Assembly: GCA_043228905.1 (NCBI GenBank)
Contig: JBHGNT010000020.1
Span: 3,782,001 to 3,846,000, forward strand
Direction of reading: 5' to 3'
Source of the DNA: Azolla caroliniana
Lineage: Eukaryota; Plantae; Polypodiophyta
Length of the DNA: 64,000 nt
The notes beneath the pieces were generated by a model that had not been told where the DNA came from, searched no databases, and saw nothing but the letters and a program-made list of their open reading frames with translations. The position numbers and the translations under genes were made by a program. Below are positions 24,628 through 37,400 of the stretch, in pieces (within the stretch, counting starts at the first letter, position 1; each line of letters begins with the position of its first letter).

Positions 24628-25625
24628 TCCGTTGCACAAAATCACACTTGATTCTTTACATTAGCATTGTTCTTTTAAGACAGTGCAAGGTTGAGATGGA
24701 AGAAAGGACCTACCTATGAATGGTAAGGAATTACTTATCATTTCTTACTGCAAAATTGAAGAGCCAACTCATGCAACTAGCAATCGCCCACAAAATTAGG
24801 GTCAAGAGTATTCTCAAACAGCAATGCTATGAAAGCGGAGGACCAAACAAAATCTCTACGGCAAAAGGTTAGGGGATGAATAATCTATATATCACTTGAA
24901 GGGATAAATAAGAGCAATCTAATACCATATGTGCTCTATGGGGAGTGTAGAAAATCATAGGCACATAGATTATAAACTTGGGAAGCACCAACATATTTTT
25001 GGAAGGGCATCAGGAGAGAAAATGTTTAAACCTTATTATTCTAGTCTCACATGGCATACATTTCAAAGGATTACTATTTGGTTCAAAAGAAAAAAAAAAA
25101 AGATTTTGGTATACTCTTATCGTTGGCATTGGCAACTAGCTAATAAGAGTGTCACATAGCAAGAAAGAAATTTATTGGCTTTGACATGAGATTTTCTTGA
25201 TACAATTACATTAGTTTCTTAGCTAACCCAAAACACATGGTATATAATTGGTGAATCTTGCTACCTCTGTTCTTTGCTAAATCTTCCTAGTTTCCCTCAA
25301 ATGATGCATTTCTATGGTGATCAATGTCGTGCGACTACATGTTGAATTCATGTGTGCTTGGGTAGAATGAGGGTTTTGGATCACGTGATGGATGAGATGG
25401 ACAACATTCAAGGAGAAGAATCTGGCTAAGAGAAAGAGATAAAGCATATTAGGGTACAGAATGTGAAGTTGAGACCTCTAGGTATGAAGAAGATATGATA
25501 ACCACAAGAACAACATTAATGAATCAATCAATAAAATAGAGTAGCTTGTTATTCTCTCGTACACTCCTTTGCGACCATGTGCCATGGGCAACATGACACC
25601 AACGGAAAGCTGCTTGTTCACTTCT

Positions 25626-25852
25626 CAGGTTCGAACCGGTTTAGGCTTAACGAGTTTAGAAGTTTTCAAACTTGAACCAAACCGGTTCCTAAACTAGTTA
25701 AGCCTTAAGCGGTTTGACCTTGAACTTGTTAAGCCTAAACCAGTTTGTAATCGGGTTCGGTTCGGCCTAAGGCCTTGTTGCCAAACCAAGCTCAAAACCG
25801 GTGAACGAAGCTCAAGCTTGAACCGAACCGCCAAACGCTTGAACCGAGCCCA
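25626..25852. mobile_element. Possible MITE / hAT remnant rich in AACCG/CGGTT motifs
   Basis: Dense GAACCG, AAACCGGTT and GGTTCGG motifs in both orientations; no clear TSD. Confidence 0.4.
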
Positions 25853-26267
25853 TAGACAGTTTAGGATGGATGGGTCATTGTGTGGCGAGAGCAGGGATCA
25901 TACAACGAATGGGGTTGCGACGCGTGGACATGGAAGGCTATCCTGTTTAAGCTCCCTCCCCACCCTTCTCCCTTCCCCTGCTTTCTGTCTGTCTGTGTTC
26001 GCTTGTGGATCACAATACATATATACATATACATATATAACACACGGAACTTCTGTAGCTTCTGAAGAAGAAGAAGAAGAAGAAGAAGAAGATAAACAAG
26101 AAGAGAAGACAGAATGGAGGAGGTAGAAAGAAAGAAGATGGGGTCATCATAGAAGGGTATGCTATCCCCCTCTTCTCCTTCTCCCTTTTCTGTGTTGTTC
26201 CTTCTTCTTCTTCTTCTTCTTCTCCACAACAATCTCATCTTTCTCCAGCACCAAAAAGAGATAGAAG

Positions 26268-28514
26268 ATGCTCTGTTTGCCCCCTGACCCCTGTAACCGA
26301 TCCCTCCATCCTACATTTGATCCCATCAGGCTCCACCCAGCTAAGAAGTACCCTCTTAAATACCTGCACCATCACGAAAGGGAAATCTTTGGCGACTTCC
26401 GCGGACACATCGGTCATAGAGCTACTCGAATCCTCGCTCTTTTCAAGAGCTCTGCCGTGGTTCTAGAACAATTTCACTCATCTTTTACTGAGACAGGAGG
26501 AGAGATCCCACCACACAAAGCAGCAGGATCGATCAAACAAGCTTCCCATAACTGCGTTAATGTTGATGTAGGTGTACGAAACGAGGTTAGTAATAGAAAT
26601 GATTGCATTAATCAAGAAAATGCAGGTTTTAAGGCCCAAGATGGTTCCATTAATGGAGAAAATGATGGTTATAACGCTCAATATGGTCGCATTGTTGGAG
26701 AAGATGGTGGTGATAACACTCAAGCAGCTGGTTGCATTGATGATGGAGAGAATGGTGCTCATAGAACTCCGAGTGGTTGTATTGATGGAGAAAATGATGG
26801 TTATATTGTCCAAGAGGCTTGCATTAATGGACAAAACCATGAGTATAATGCCCCAGATGTTTGCATTAATGGAAAAAATCAGGGCCCTATTGCCCTTCAG
26901 GAAGAAAATGATTATTATAAAGCTAAATGTGGTTCAATTAAGGGTGCGTCTATTTCCATTCGTGAAGAGACCTATGGTTCTAAAGTCCAAAGTGTTCCTA
27001 TGAATGGACAAGATGATGGCCATATATCCCAAGATGTTTCTATTAGCCAAAGAAAAAATGGTTACAAATACCATGATGATGTTACCATTCATGAAGGAGA
27101 TCATGGCTATAAATCCCAAGTTGCTCTTGTTCGTCCTAAGTTCAGATCAACAGAAACAATATGTGAAGACTCACAAGCTTACAAAATAAGGCCCTCCTCA
27201 AATCACATGGGTTCTCAACATCTGAAAACGAGGATGGATTTGTCGGCGAAGGATTCTCAAGCTGTCTTCTCTTCAAGGATGAAAGACCTTATAGAGGGGG
27301 AGAATTATTCAGATCAATGCAAGGTTGAAGAGCATCAATCCTCTAATGAGACTCGTGTCACTCTAAAGGAAGCGCGATATCTACTTAATGGGTCTAACCA
27401 TCAATTAAAAACATGTGATCTTCCAATACGTTCATACAACAATTCTTCAAACTATATAGGTGAAAGCAAACAAGTTGTAAATCGGAGAGAAGAGAAAGAA
27501 AGTCAAACCACTACATATAATGCCTCATATCCGTACAATGATGGTAATGGTACTATGATCCGAATGCCAACCTATCGTGCACCCTTCTCTAAAGTCAGTG
27601 AAAGCATAATTTACTTGAAGAGTTTAGGAGCGGATTGTAGCCGAATACTCGGAGAAGATCCATCTATCATTGTATATGAGGCTAAGTATCTTCGAGAACT
27701 AGTGTCTGCCTTAGAAGGATATGGTTTGAAATGGCAAGAGCTCGGAAGGATCTTTAACCTATGCCCAAAAATACTTCGTTTGGATCCCGAAACCGATCTC
27801 AAAATGGTGACATCTTTCCTATTTGAGGAAGTGGGATTGGCAAGGAAAGACTTTGGAAAAGTGATCAAAAGGTGCCCTCGCCTTTTGGCTTGTAGTGTGG
27901 ATGGGCAGCTTTGGCCCACTTTGAAGTTTCTCCGAGAATTGGGGTTCCGAAACATGAGCCAAGTTGTCTCTACTAATGCTACTCTCCTCTCCTTTAGCGT
28001 GGAGAATAAGATTTTGCCTAAACTGAGGTATCTAGAGAGCTTTGGATTTGATTCCGGAGATGTTATTTCTATGGTCATCCGGTTTCCTGCGATTTTTAAC
28101 TATAGTGACAAGGAGAACCTACTACCTAAGTACGAGTACTTGATCAATGAAATGGGTAGATGCAATAGGGACTTGCTATCTTTTCCACAATATTTTGGGT
28201 ATAGTTTGGAGAGGAAGATAAGGCCTCGATATGAACGTATTGCGAGGCAAGGTGTTTCATTGTCTCTTCAAGCCATGCTCAAGCTTTCCGAGGCGGAATT
28301 TAATGCCAAATTTGATCGCATTAATGATGTCGCTCATCATTCCAAGGATGTCATCTTAATACCAAACGAGCCCGAGTTTCAAGCTGCCGACCATTTCCAT
28401 CTCAAGGATGCAAGTTCTAGCAACATTTTGGAAAGACCAGCCAATCCTGAACATTATGTAAGAAAACCGGTCCTCGTCACTGTTGATCTTGTAGCTGTTC
28501 ACTGCAAAGAATAG
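26268..28514 (+). CDS. mTERF: Mitochondrial transcription termination factor (mTERF) family protein, probably organelle-targeted; single exon, 748 aa
   Basis: Uninterrupted ORF; mTERF repeats at about 27600-28312 (RCPRLLACSVDGQLWPTLKFLRELG, RFPAIFNYSDKENLLPKYEYL, FPQYFGYSLERKIRPR); (GAA)n/(CTT)n-rich leader. Confidence 0.9.
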   Translation: MLCLPPDPCNRSLHPTFDPIRLHPAKKYPLKYLHHHEREIFGDFRGHIGHRATRILALFKSSAVVLEQFHSSFTETGGEIPPHKAAGSIKQASHNCVNVDVGVRNEVSNRNDCINQENAGFKAQDGSINGENDGYNAQYGRIVGEDGGDNTQAAGCIDDGENGAHRTPSGCIDGENDGYIVQEACINGQNHEYNAPDVCINGKNQGPIALQEENDYYKAKCGSIKGASISIREETYGSKVQSVPMNGQDDGHISQDVSISQRKNGYKYHDDVTIHEGDHGYKSQVALVRPKFRSTETICEDSQAYKIRPSSNHMGSQHLKTRMDLSAKDSQAVFSSRMKDLIEGENYSDQCKVEEHQSSNETRVTLKEARYLLNGSNHQLKTCDLPIRSYNNSSNYIGESKQVVNRREEKESQTTTYNASYPYNDGNGTMIRMPTYRAPFSKVSESIIYLKSLGADCSRILGEDPSIIVYEAKYLRELVSALEGYGLKWQELGRIFNLCPKILRLDPETDLKMVTSFLFEEVGLARKDFGKVIKRCPRLLACSVDGQLWPTLKFLRELGFRNMSQVVSTNATLLSFSVENKILPKLRYLESFGFDSGDVISMVIRFPAIFNYSDKENLLPKYEYLINEMGRCNRDLLSFPQYFGYSLERKIRPRYERIARQGVSLSLQAMLKLSEAEFNAKFDRINDVAHHSKDVILIPNEPEFQAADHFHLKDASSSNILERPANPEHYVRKPVLVTVDLVAVHCKE

Positions 28515-31500
28515 CTAGCTATTTGAGATTGATTTGGATTGTTCATTCTGTATATACACACACATGTAATTCTTTGACATTTTGTTATAAAAAGTACGCC
28601 GACTTGCATTCTTCGATGAGGATATGTTTTTGCAAATAATGTAGCAAGTTAGTGCTGATAGTAGAAAGCATCTTATGTTCATGTCTTGTTTTCTCTTAGT
28701 TTTCTTAATGAGGTCATTAGTAGCAAGTGAGGGTTTAGGGAGGTCTCCATAATACTTTTGTTTCTCCTTTTGAAGGTTTAGGGTTTACTTTTATCTATGC
28801 TTTTGTGCTTTTGGGGTTCTGGGTGTAAAGTTGTATGTACTACTTTTGATGATCTTAGGTCCATTTATTGTCTGTAAATTTTTAAGTTCGATGCATTCCA
28901 AAACCTTCGTGTTTTATTAGCTCGTTTGGTGTGGATGTTATGTCATGAATTGCGAGTTGGGCCATCAAGGGTGGTGCATCTCATTGTGGTTTTTCTTTTT
29001 ATTCAGTAAAAACTACTGCTCTAATTAAATTAGAAAAGAAGGATGTTTATTGTTTAAGATATTTGGTTGTATAGATGCATATGGGGAAGGTAATAGAGCA
29101 TGTACATGTCCTTTGTAAATAATTAAGGAATTCGATGTATAGTTCTCACATAGCAAATAGACTATGTGTGTTATTGAAATGAATGTGTGTGTATGAGTGA
29201 GAAAGAGAAATATATTAACATCTTTTAAGACCAAATTTGGCCCATGAGATAACTCTGGTTACAACAAAATGGGATGTGTACCCAATTATCCAAAATAAAA
29301 ATAAAATAAACATAGATAAAATAGTTTTTGTATGGTACAAAAGATGTTATGGTGTAATATATTCTATAAAGAAATGGTTATGTGATAGGCCTAGTTTCGT
29401 TTTCATCCAAGTCTCTTGAAAAGCAATGCGAGGTCAAAGGGGTTTGATGTGGGCATGGACCGTTGTCCCGATATAAAAAGGTATCCTAAACATAGCTTTT
29501 GGGCAGAATAATTTACATTCCCTTACCTTCTTAATTGTTTCTACATAATGAATGACTTTGAGGCCCGGTATGAGAGAGAGAGAGAGAGAGGGTGGGGGTT
29601 GGATGTGAATATGCAACAACGCTCAATGTTCAAGAACTTTACTAATGAAGCTTGATATATCTCAACATGCATATTCAAACTCAAAAGATTTAAAGCATAA
29701 AGTGGCTGATATGGATGGATCATATTTGATGATTATTTTTGTACTCAACCTAAAGCTACCTAAACTGTTTTAGACAGAGGGTGTTGAAAATTGCCCAAGC
29801 TTGTTCGTATCGTCCTTTGTCAATTGGTCTAGGTATGTTAGATTTCATTTCCCCAACTCAATATACTCTCGAATGTAATGATAGTGCACCTCAATGTGCT
29901 TCATCTACACATGGAACATGGGTTCCTCATGAATTATATATTGTTGAGATTGTCACAAAACAATGCTTGAAGATCTGCTCAAGCAATATAGTTTCACAAG
30001 ACGAGATCCCATGAGGAGTGTGGATGATTTAAATACCACCAAAGTAATGAAGCGTTTTTCATTTCGAACTTAATGGCAAGTACACACTTCCCTTTCTTAT
30101 TAAAATAAACAACTCTCTCTTGAAAGAATTCTTATGTCGTACGTACAATAATTACTCATTGTCATTATCATCCAAGAAATCTCTTATCATAAATATAAAT
30201 GTATGTATACCTCTAATAATCTTAGATGTAACATCCAAGTCTTGTACATCATGTGCACATATGAGTAATGACCCTCGTAGTCACCATGAGATGAAGAGTT
30301 TAAGGGTATAAGTTTTGGTATGCCATCCCAAGGAAAGTGTTTTTTAACACTATGAGTTTGATACAAACAATATATACATGATTTATGAGGACACATATTT
30401 GTATTATTTTGTTGTCACAATGCATAACTCAGTTCCAATTGGTTGTATAAGTTGTGTGACGTCAAACAACAATGTACCCCAATTGCACCCCGTGTTCTTG
30501 GGATTTTGCCATTTGCGATGAAGGTTCCAAATATGATGTTGATGACCATATACTTGGTGCTATCAACACTTCATTATCTCTACCAAAAGTGGATAGTGTA
30601 TGCCCTTGCATGAACTTTTCAACATCATGGAATTAGATGCCCATGACATTAGATGACAAACAAATGGTTATTTGCAAAGATGTAGTTAATTGCGATGACT
30701 ATAGATAAAATTAAGGATAATTGGTCCTCATGTAACAATATCATGCGCAATTATGTTATGCTCTTTTGTCCAAGTTAAGGAGTGACTCTCATTTCCATTC
30801 TAAATGATTCAAAGAAAATGTTGGGAGATTTTGTCCATAGTGTTAATTTCCAATCCTCTATGCACTATATTCTTAACCAAATTACATGTATCTTTATAGG
30901 ATGGTGGTAATCGTGAATGTATTCGAAGTATTTACTTTCCAAGTGGCATAAAGTCTCATATGTGGAAGCCGAAAATTGTTGATAATTGTTCATAGACTAA
31001 ACAAAACCTTGAACCACCAATTTTCAAACAATCACTAATTCCATAGATTAGAATAACACTTAACCTATAAAGAAAATTCACATGGATAGAATGAATGTGG
31101 ATTTGATTAGAACATTAATGGAATATAATGAGTCCTTATTCTAGCTAAGTTGGTCCAACAAAAACCACAAGCTATGTGGGAAGAAATGCAACTTCATTGA
31201 CGGTTTGACAAAACTAGATATGCCTTGACCTTGATATCATTAGAATGAAGGCCGGCATTGACTAAGCATGAGAAAGTAAAATATGAAAGAAAAGGTCAAG
31301 CTAATGATTCTACATTTAACAAAATCCATTGGCATCTTCAAAGACATAACATATTCATATATAACAAGGAGTGTTAATATCGAAGTTGGGAAAGACATGG
31401 CAACCCCAATAATGAGACCACCACATCATGTGCAAGCAAAAACTCTATTTCAACACCACCAATCATTTATAATGTGAACAAATCTCGATAACCGCTTGAT

Positions 31501-32804
31501 AAGAGGACAAGGAATACAAGAAAATTGTGGATTGGAAGTGGGTGTGTTGGCTTTTGGGGAGCACACTAATAATAGACCATGTAACATACAATCCTAGGTA
31601 TTGATATTACAAGTCAAAAGGATTAGATTGTCTTATTATAATATGTGATGGTAGATTTATTGCATATTCCTTATTATCATTCAGATATTTAGGGTTTACA
31701 ATTTATGACCATGGCTGAAAAGAGTGATGAAATCAATTTTTACTCGAGTGCATCTTGGATATTACAGTGATTGTGACATACTTCAACCTCATGACAAGAT
31801 GAGAATGAATAAGAGGTTAACAGTCTATGTATGGAACTTTTACATCATCAAACATGGCACAAATCCATGCTTATCCATAGATGCAAATGCCCTTTGTATG
31901 TGGCTCGAAAATTAGATCACAGGTCCAAACCGAGGAAGAATTACATCTTTCTGCAAGCAAGAGACGAGAAAACCCTAGAAAGCAATACAAAGAAAAACCT
32001 CAAGGACTTTTCGGAGGCTAATGAAGCATAGCACCATTCTTTCTTTGAGGATAAAAGAGCTTCACCTTAGCAACGGGCCAATCAGTTGAGAACACTGTCT
32101 CGTGAAAACACTTTGTCATTATTTCCATGAAAACACTTTCTGTCTCGTGATAATTAGTAGGCCAAGTAGTTGAAAAAATATGCATCAGTGCCCAAGGACA
32201 CGTGATTGACTATTGCATATTTATCATCTTCAATATGGAGATAAACTTGCAGCAGATTTGGCTCTATGAAATCTCAGAAAATCATAAGCACATAAATAAT
32301 CCTAGATAGCACACGAGCATATGTACACTAAACACAAGGCTCAAACAGCATTAGATACTTTACACATTTCAGGCATATATATAAAGTAACCTCAAAGCTA
32401 AACACTGTTTGAATAAGATCCCAAGCTAACAGACATAAAATAACCCTAAACTTTGATGTGACCCATGAAGTAGCAAAACAGAGAAAACCATGGTGCTATC
32501 TCAGTTAAAACATAAAAATTGTTCATAAATTTAAATTATTCAAGCAGCTTAATCCTTGCAAGCTGCACAAATGGCAAACCCAAATTATTACAAGGACCAA
32601 AATGTATCCATTGGCCAAATATTTTTTGTGAAATGAAACTGGTGCAATTTAACTAAAACTGGGACAATTTTGGAGGAAAAGAAAGGACATTGTTTAGAAA
32701 TTAAAATATTCAGTCACATAATCTTTAACAGCTTTACAAAGACCAACCCAATTATTATGTGGAACAAAATATCCACGGGCCAAAACGAAATATACGTAAA
32801 ATAA

Positions 32805-33476
32805 TCAAACCTGGAGGAGACTGTTTGGCTTCACAAAGAAACTACTACACGCCTCTTTACCACATTGTAGAGAACCTGGCATCTCAACATTATCAATTGA
32901 CAATTCATGAGGTTTGGTCCCAGTAGTTGTTCTACTATATGCCACATCCACATTATCCGGCTTCTCACTGATACTACTATCATTACTGACACTTATTGCG
33001 CTACTATCCACCACCACACGAGAAAGCTCAATCCTCCTTCTCTCGGCTCTCGAACCGATAACTTGCCCTAGTATAGAAGCCGCAAAAGTATAGAGCATAA
33101 CATGTTTTGGCATGTGAACCGCCTTTCTCAACATCGCAATGAAAGGCACCGATGCATGAACCGCAACGAACCAAGCCGGAGAGAATTTCTTTGTATGTTC
33201 TCTCCACACACCTAAAGGCACATTGAGAGCAATGCCTAACATGCCTACTGCGAGAACACGGGCCGGCAAGGGTTGTGGCCTTAGTGCTTTTACGGCCTCT
33301 GTTCGCGCTAGAGCAGCTCGTGCCATCACAATAGCAGTTGGGCAACGTATCTTCATGTCTTTTGGTGGTTGTAGAGCTTTTGTCACAAGAGGGAGGACTC
33401 CACTCATTGCTCGGAACGACTTTGCTATCGGACAGTTTCCTGTCTGGAGCCATTCATTACTAGAGGCTTCGTGATC
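32805..33476 (-). CDS. NHR2: NHR2A/NHR2B-like protein (At5g45410/At4g25030 family), exon 3
   Basis: TAG acceptor, then DHEASSNEWLQTGNCPIAKSFRA...CPTAIVMARAALART...NVPLGVWREHTKKFSPAWFVAVHASVPFIAMLRK; phase 0, ends at TGA. Confidence 0.88.
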   Translation of the reverse strand, partial: DHEASSNEWLQTGNCPIAKSFRAMSGVLPLVTKALQPPKDMKIRCPTAIVMARAALARTEAVKALRPQPLPARVLAVGMLGIALNVPLGVWREHTKKFSPAWFVAVHASVPFIAMLRKAVHMPKHVMLYTFAASILGQVIGSRAERRRIELSRVVVDSSAISVSNDSSISEKPDNVDVAYSRTTTGTKPHELSIDNVEMPGSLQCGKEACSSFFVKPNSLLQV

Positions 33477-34184
33477 CTAGAGGCCAACAAAACAGATGAA
33501 AAATCACAAAACAATTAAACAGGTTATTAAATCCCAATACTTCATTTGTGTCCACCTTGGAAGATGAAAATGCATAGTGATTTCCTTGACACTGAGAGAA
33601 TCTAGCATGTGCAAGCTATCATAATAATATGGCATACATATATTCAAGATTATGGTCCATAAACCAAAGAAAACAAGGCAATATTAAAAGATAGCAAACT
33701 TCTCCTCAACAGATCCATCCATTTCGAAAGTATTATTTCAGGTAGGTCTGCTTACAAGAATGCCAATACATTAATAAGTACAGAGATATCCATTCTTATT
33801 TTAGGGTGTTCTATTCTTTACCACAAGGAGGATCTATTCTTCTGATTCTTAAAGAAGTGGAAGTAACTAAGAAAGAAGCAATCTCTATTCTGCTTCTGTA
33901 AGCAATTTGAGAATTTGTGGTTCCAAAATATAATGCGGGAATTTCAATAGTTTGTCTATCTGATGCATGATTATATTTACTATTAAGGATCACAAATAAG
34001 CAACACATTCAATTATTAAAAAAATATGCTCAAAATACTCTTTGTTCCTGAAAATATAAAATTCCTTTTTGCTATCTAGAAAGAAAAAACCACAAAATAG
34101 GAACACAAAAGAAGACAGTACCAATTTAATATCCATATAAAAAAATGGAAGGTAGCGTCACATAATATAATAAAACAGACTTAC

Positions 34185-34505
34185 CACTGAAGAGGGTTTC
34201 TTCTCTTGTTGCTGCTCCTTTTTCTTTTTAAGGGTGTCATCTTTATTCAGATTAAGATTTCTCTTCGCCATGAAAGCATCAAAGCTGAATGGCCCTGACC
34301 CTCCAAGTGAAGAAAGGCTGATTGCAGCTGCTGAAGCTGCCAATGGATGAAACTTTGCATTTGCAGTGGCCTCTGGCTCTTTGTCTATTTTTGTTGTTGG
34401 AGATTTCCGCGTTAATGGGATTACACCATTCTTACCATGAAATAGTTGGAATGCTAGGTCAAAATTAGGACCATCTTCAAATATAGGGCCACGGTTTCCT
34501 CTTAC
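34185..34505 (-). CDS. NHR2: NHR2A/NHR2B-like protein, exon 2
   Basis: CAG acceptor and GTAAGT donor; VRGNRGPIFEDGPNFDLAFQLFHGKNGVIPL...FHPLAASAAAISLS...GPFSFDAF; 321 nt, phase 0. Confidence 0.88.
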
Positions 34506-34753
34506 CTGCCAATTTTGTTTTCACGTCAGCTATTTGAAACCATTCACTGTAAGGGCAAAATTTATCAAGCATAACGAGCACAAATTGCAAAACAAAGATA
34601 AAATAGAATTATATTTCTTATCACAGTAAACTGAGGCAGGGCAGGGATTACACACATATGCATGTGTATAAGTGTATGTATATATGTATATATAAGGGTG
34701 TATGTACGTACATACGAATGCACACAAAAGAAACTCCAAAATACTTTGTTTTC

Positions 34754-35253
34754 CTAAATATCCTTTGACTATCTACTCTTGAGAGCAACTAGATGTGCTA
34801 TTTGAGCGATATATTGACAATTCATGTCCTTGTTTTCAAGCCTCTGCATCTGTGTATTATGTATGTAGTATGTGGTATGTGGTAGATGGTAGATGGTATA
34901 TGGTATGTGGTATCTGTATGTGCCTACGCTTGTTTTTTATATGTTGTGTGTATGTACTATGTACTCACAGGATTGGGGAACCTTGTCGGGGGTGGAGAAG
35001 CCGCTAAATATCCTTTGACTATCTACTCTTGAGAGCAACTAGATGTGCTATTTGAGCGATATATTGACAATTCATGTCCTTGTTTTCAAGCCTCTGCATC
35101 TGTGTATTATGTATGTAGTATGTGGTATGTGGTAGATGGTAGATGGTATATGGTATGTGGTATCTGTATGTGCCTGCGCTTGTTTTTTATATGTTGTGTG
35201 TATGTACTATGTACTCACAGGATTGGGGAACCTTGTCGGGGGTGGAGAAGCCG
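34754..35253. repeat. 250-bp direct tandem duplication spanning the exon 1/intron 1 junction
   Basis: 34754-35003 and 35004-35253 differ by about one base (TGCCTACGCT versus TGCCTGCGCT). Confidence 0.93.
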
Positions 35254-35365
35254 TGAAGGAGAAATCGGTATAATCGCGGATGTTCCTGAGGAAAGGGCAC
35301 ATCTGGATGCCCTCTGAGATGACACGATCCATCTCTCCAAAGCGTTGTCTCTCGCAGAAATCCAT
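35219..35365 (-). CDS. NHR2: NHR2A/NHR2B-like protein, exon 1
   Basis: ATG at 35365; MDFCER...CPFLRNIRDYTDFSF...FPNP; GTGAGT donor; the spliced CDS is 1140 nt (379 aa). Confidence 0.85.
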
Positions 35366-35775
35366 AGCTTTTGACTGCAGTGAATTCGTGAGTGAGATAT
35401 AGAGGAGACTTCCGCTTTTTTCTGTCGCCAATCCTGTGAGTTTCAGAGAGAAGAGAAAAACAAAACCCCCCAAAAGAGAAAAGGGAGAAATTGGGATGGA
35501 TATGGATGATCCGGAGAGCGTTTGTGGACACGCGACGACGGCTGCTCTCTGCTTCTGCTTCTGCTTCTGCTTCTGATTGGAGGTAGGGTTGTCTCTGCTC
35601 TGCTCTGCTTTTTCTTCTTCTTCTTCTTCTTCTTCTTCTTTTCTACTTTATTATATCATATCAACCAACAAACATAGAAGTATGTATATGCTTCTTAATG
35701 AAGTATGTATACATACATAGAAGAAGAAGAAGAAGAAACAAAAGGAAGAAGAGTAAGAATGTGTTGAAAAGGTAG

Positions 35776-35810
<35 letters not shown>

Positions 35811-36099
35811 AAAAGTCCATTTTCCTATTCAATTCATTCATTTATGTATCCATTCCTCTGTGTCTGTGTCTGTGTCTGTGTCTGTCAATTGTTGTGGTGT
35901 GAAAAATGTGTGCCGCTCTATTCTAGTTCAAACATTCGTCTCATCTACAACACAAAAACTATGATAACCCGCTTTATGTGCACAACTAGGTTTTCTCCTG
36001 CCATTGACTTCGCAACTAGCTTCTGTCAAGAATGAACATAATCGCATGGTTGATATAAAAAGAATAAATAAATAAAAAGTCGCCAACTTCTTCTGTATG

Positions 36100-37400
36100 C
36101 CCGATTCCGAGAAGTTGTCGAAGATTTGGGCACTAAGTTGGTTACCAAACTTATTATGGGCAAACAGGCTTCATTCCCTTCATTGTCATGGGTGTGTCTA
36201 TGAATCTACCACTTCCTTGTGAAATTCAAAAGGTCATAAGCCAATAATACTATATGTCCTTTTCTCAATTATCAAAATTGTCAATCGACTTGCAACAACA
36301 CTTCACAATGTTGGTGACTGCCATATGTCTTGATGAGGTACATAAGTAATCACATCCAAGGAGTGTCGTGAATCTGTTGTGGTCATTTACTTCAGGCATG
36401 TTGAGAGATCGTGCCATTAATTTTTATCCAGTGATGATGTGGCCACTTGTCATTGGCTAATAGCGTTAGATGGCCATCAAGCCACTCATAACCATGGGTT
36501 CCATTTTAGAATTAATCTCCTTTCACTTTTTGCATGGGAATGGTCCTCGTTATGGCCATTCCCTTCACAATTTTAGCATAAGGGCAATGCTTCTCACCAT
36601 TTTAACCCATGGCAATTTACATTGTATCAACCATTCAATTTATTCTTCGTTGTTGCATAATCAAAAAAATGTACATGTTGTAATAATTACATTAGTACAA
36701 ATAGTTTCATAAAACATTATGAAGCTTAGATTTTGTAGTTTCCACATTGGTTTCCTTACTCAATACTTCTAGAAACTCAAGAGATTATCTTGGTCAATGG
36801 AATTCATGTACTCTAGGCTCTCGAGGTATTCTCATTGGTGGCATACATGTATGATGTCTTATGGCAAATACTCTCCTTACAAGAGTAGAACAATCAACAA
36901 TACATCATGTTTGAAATCTCATTAATTGATTGCCATTCACTTGAGAAGTGAGATTTAAGAAGTGGTTAAAGATATGAAAAACTACGATAATTTCTTGCAT
37001 TGAAAATTATAGATTGGCAAATATTGCAACAATAACACTAATGAGTTGGGAGTATCCTAACTTTTATTGACTGAACTTTTGGCACTCTCCGAAAGCTCTC
37101 AAAACTTCTTGCTATTAGCATTGGTCTAGTTGTGGATAATGGCTTTCACTTTCTACCATTTGTAAATGCAACCATCATGTCTTCCATGATATTCAAGTTA
37201 CAACGTTGTGTAAAAACCTCCACCGTTGTGCGTGTTGACATGTTAAACGTTTACGATGATAACAAGAAGCAGACAAATAGTCACCTACAAGGATATGACA
37301 ACTTAGGTAGTTTTTTCTTGACTTCCTTAATTTATAACCTTATTGTTATGTTCTTTCCCAAACTCTCCAAATAAAGAAGCTGATGATGTTTCAATATACG
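36100..37400 (-). pseudogene. Possible highly decayed retrotransposon gag remnant
   Basis: Zinc-knuckle-like LC*NCEGNGHNEDH near 36540-36590 on the minus strand; otherwise fragmentary. Confidence 0.25.

Noticed and set aside
29000-32100. Short ORFs between the two genes
   Set aside because: AT-rich sequence with no coherent coding signal; possibly very old TE debris.
34795-35317. Two identical Cys-rich plus-strand ORFs
   Set aside because: Products of the 250-bp intronic duplication, antisense to the real gene.
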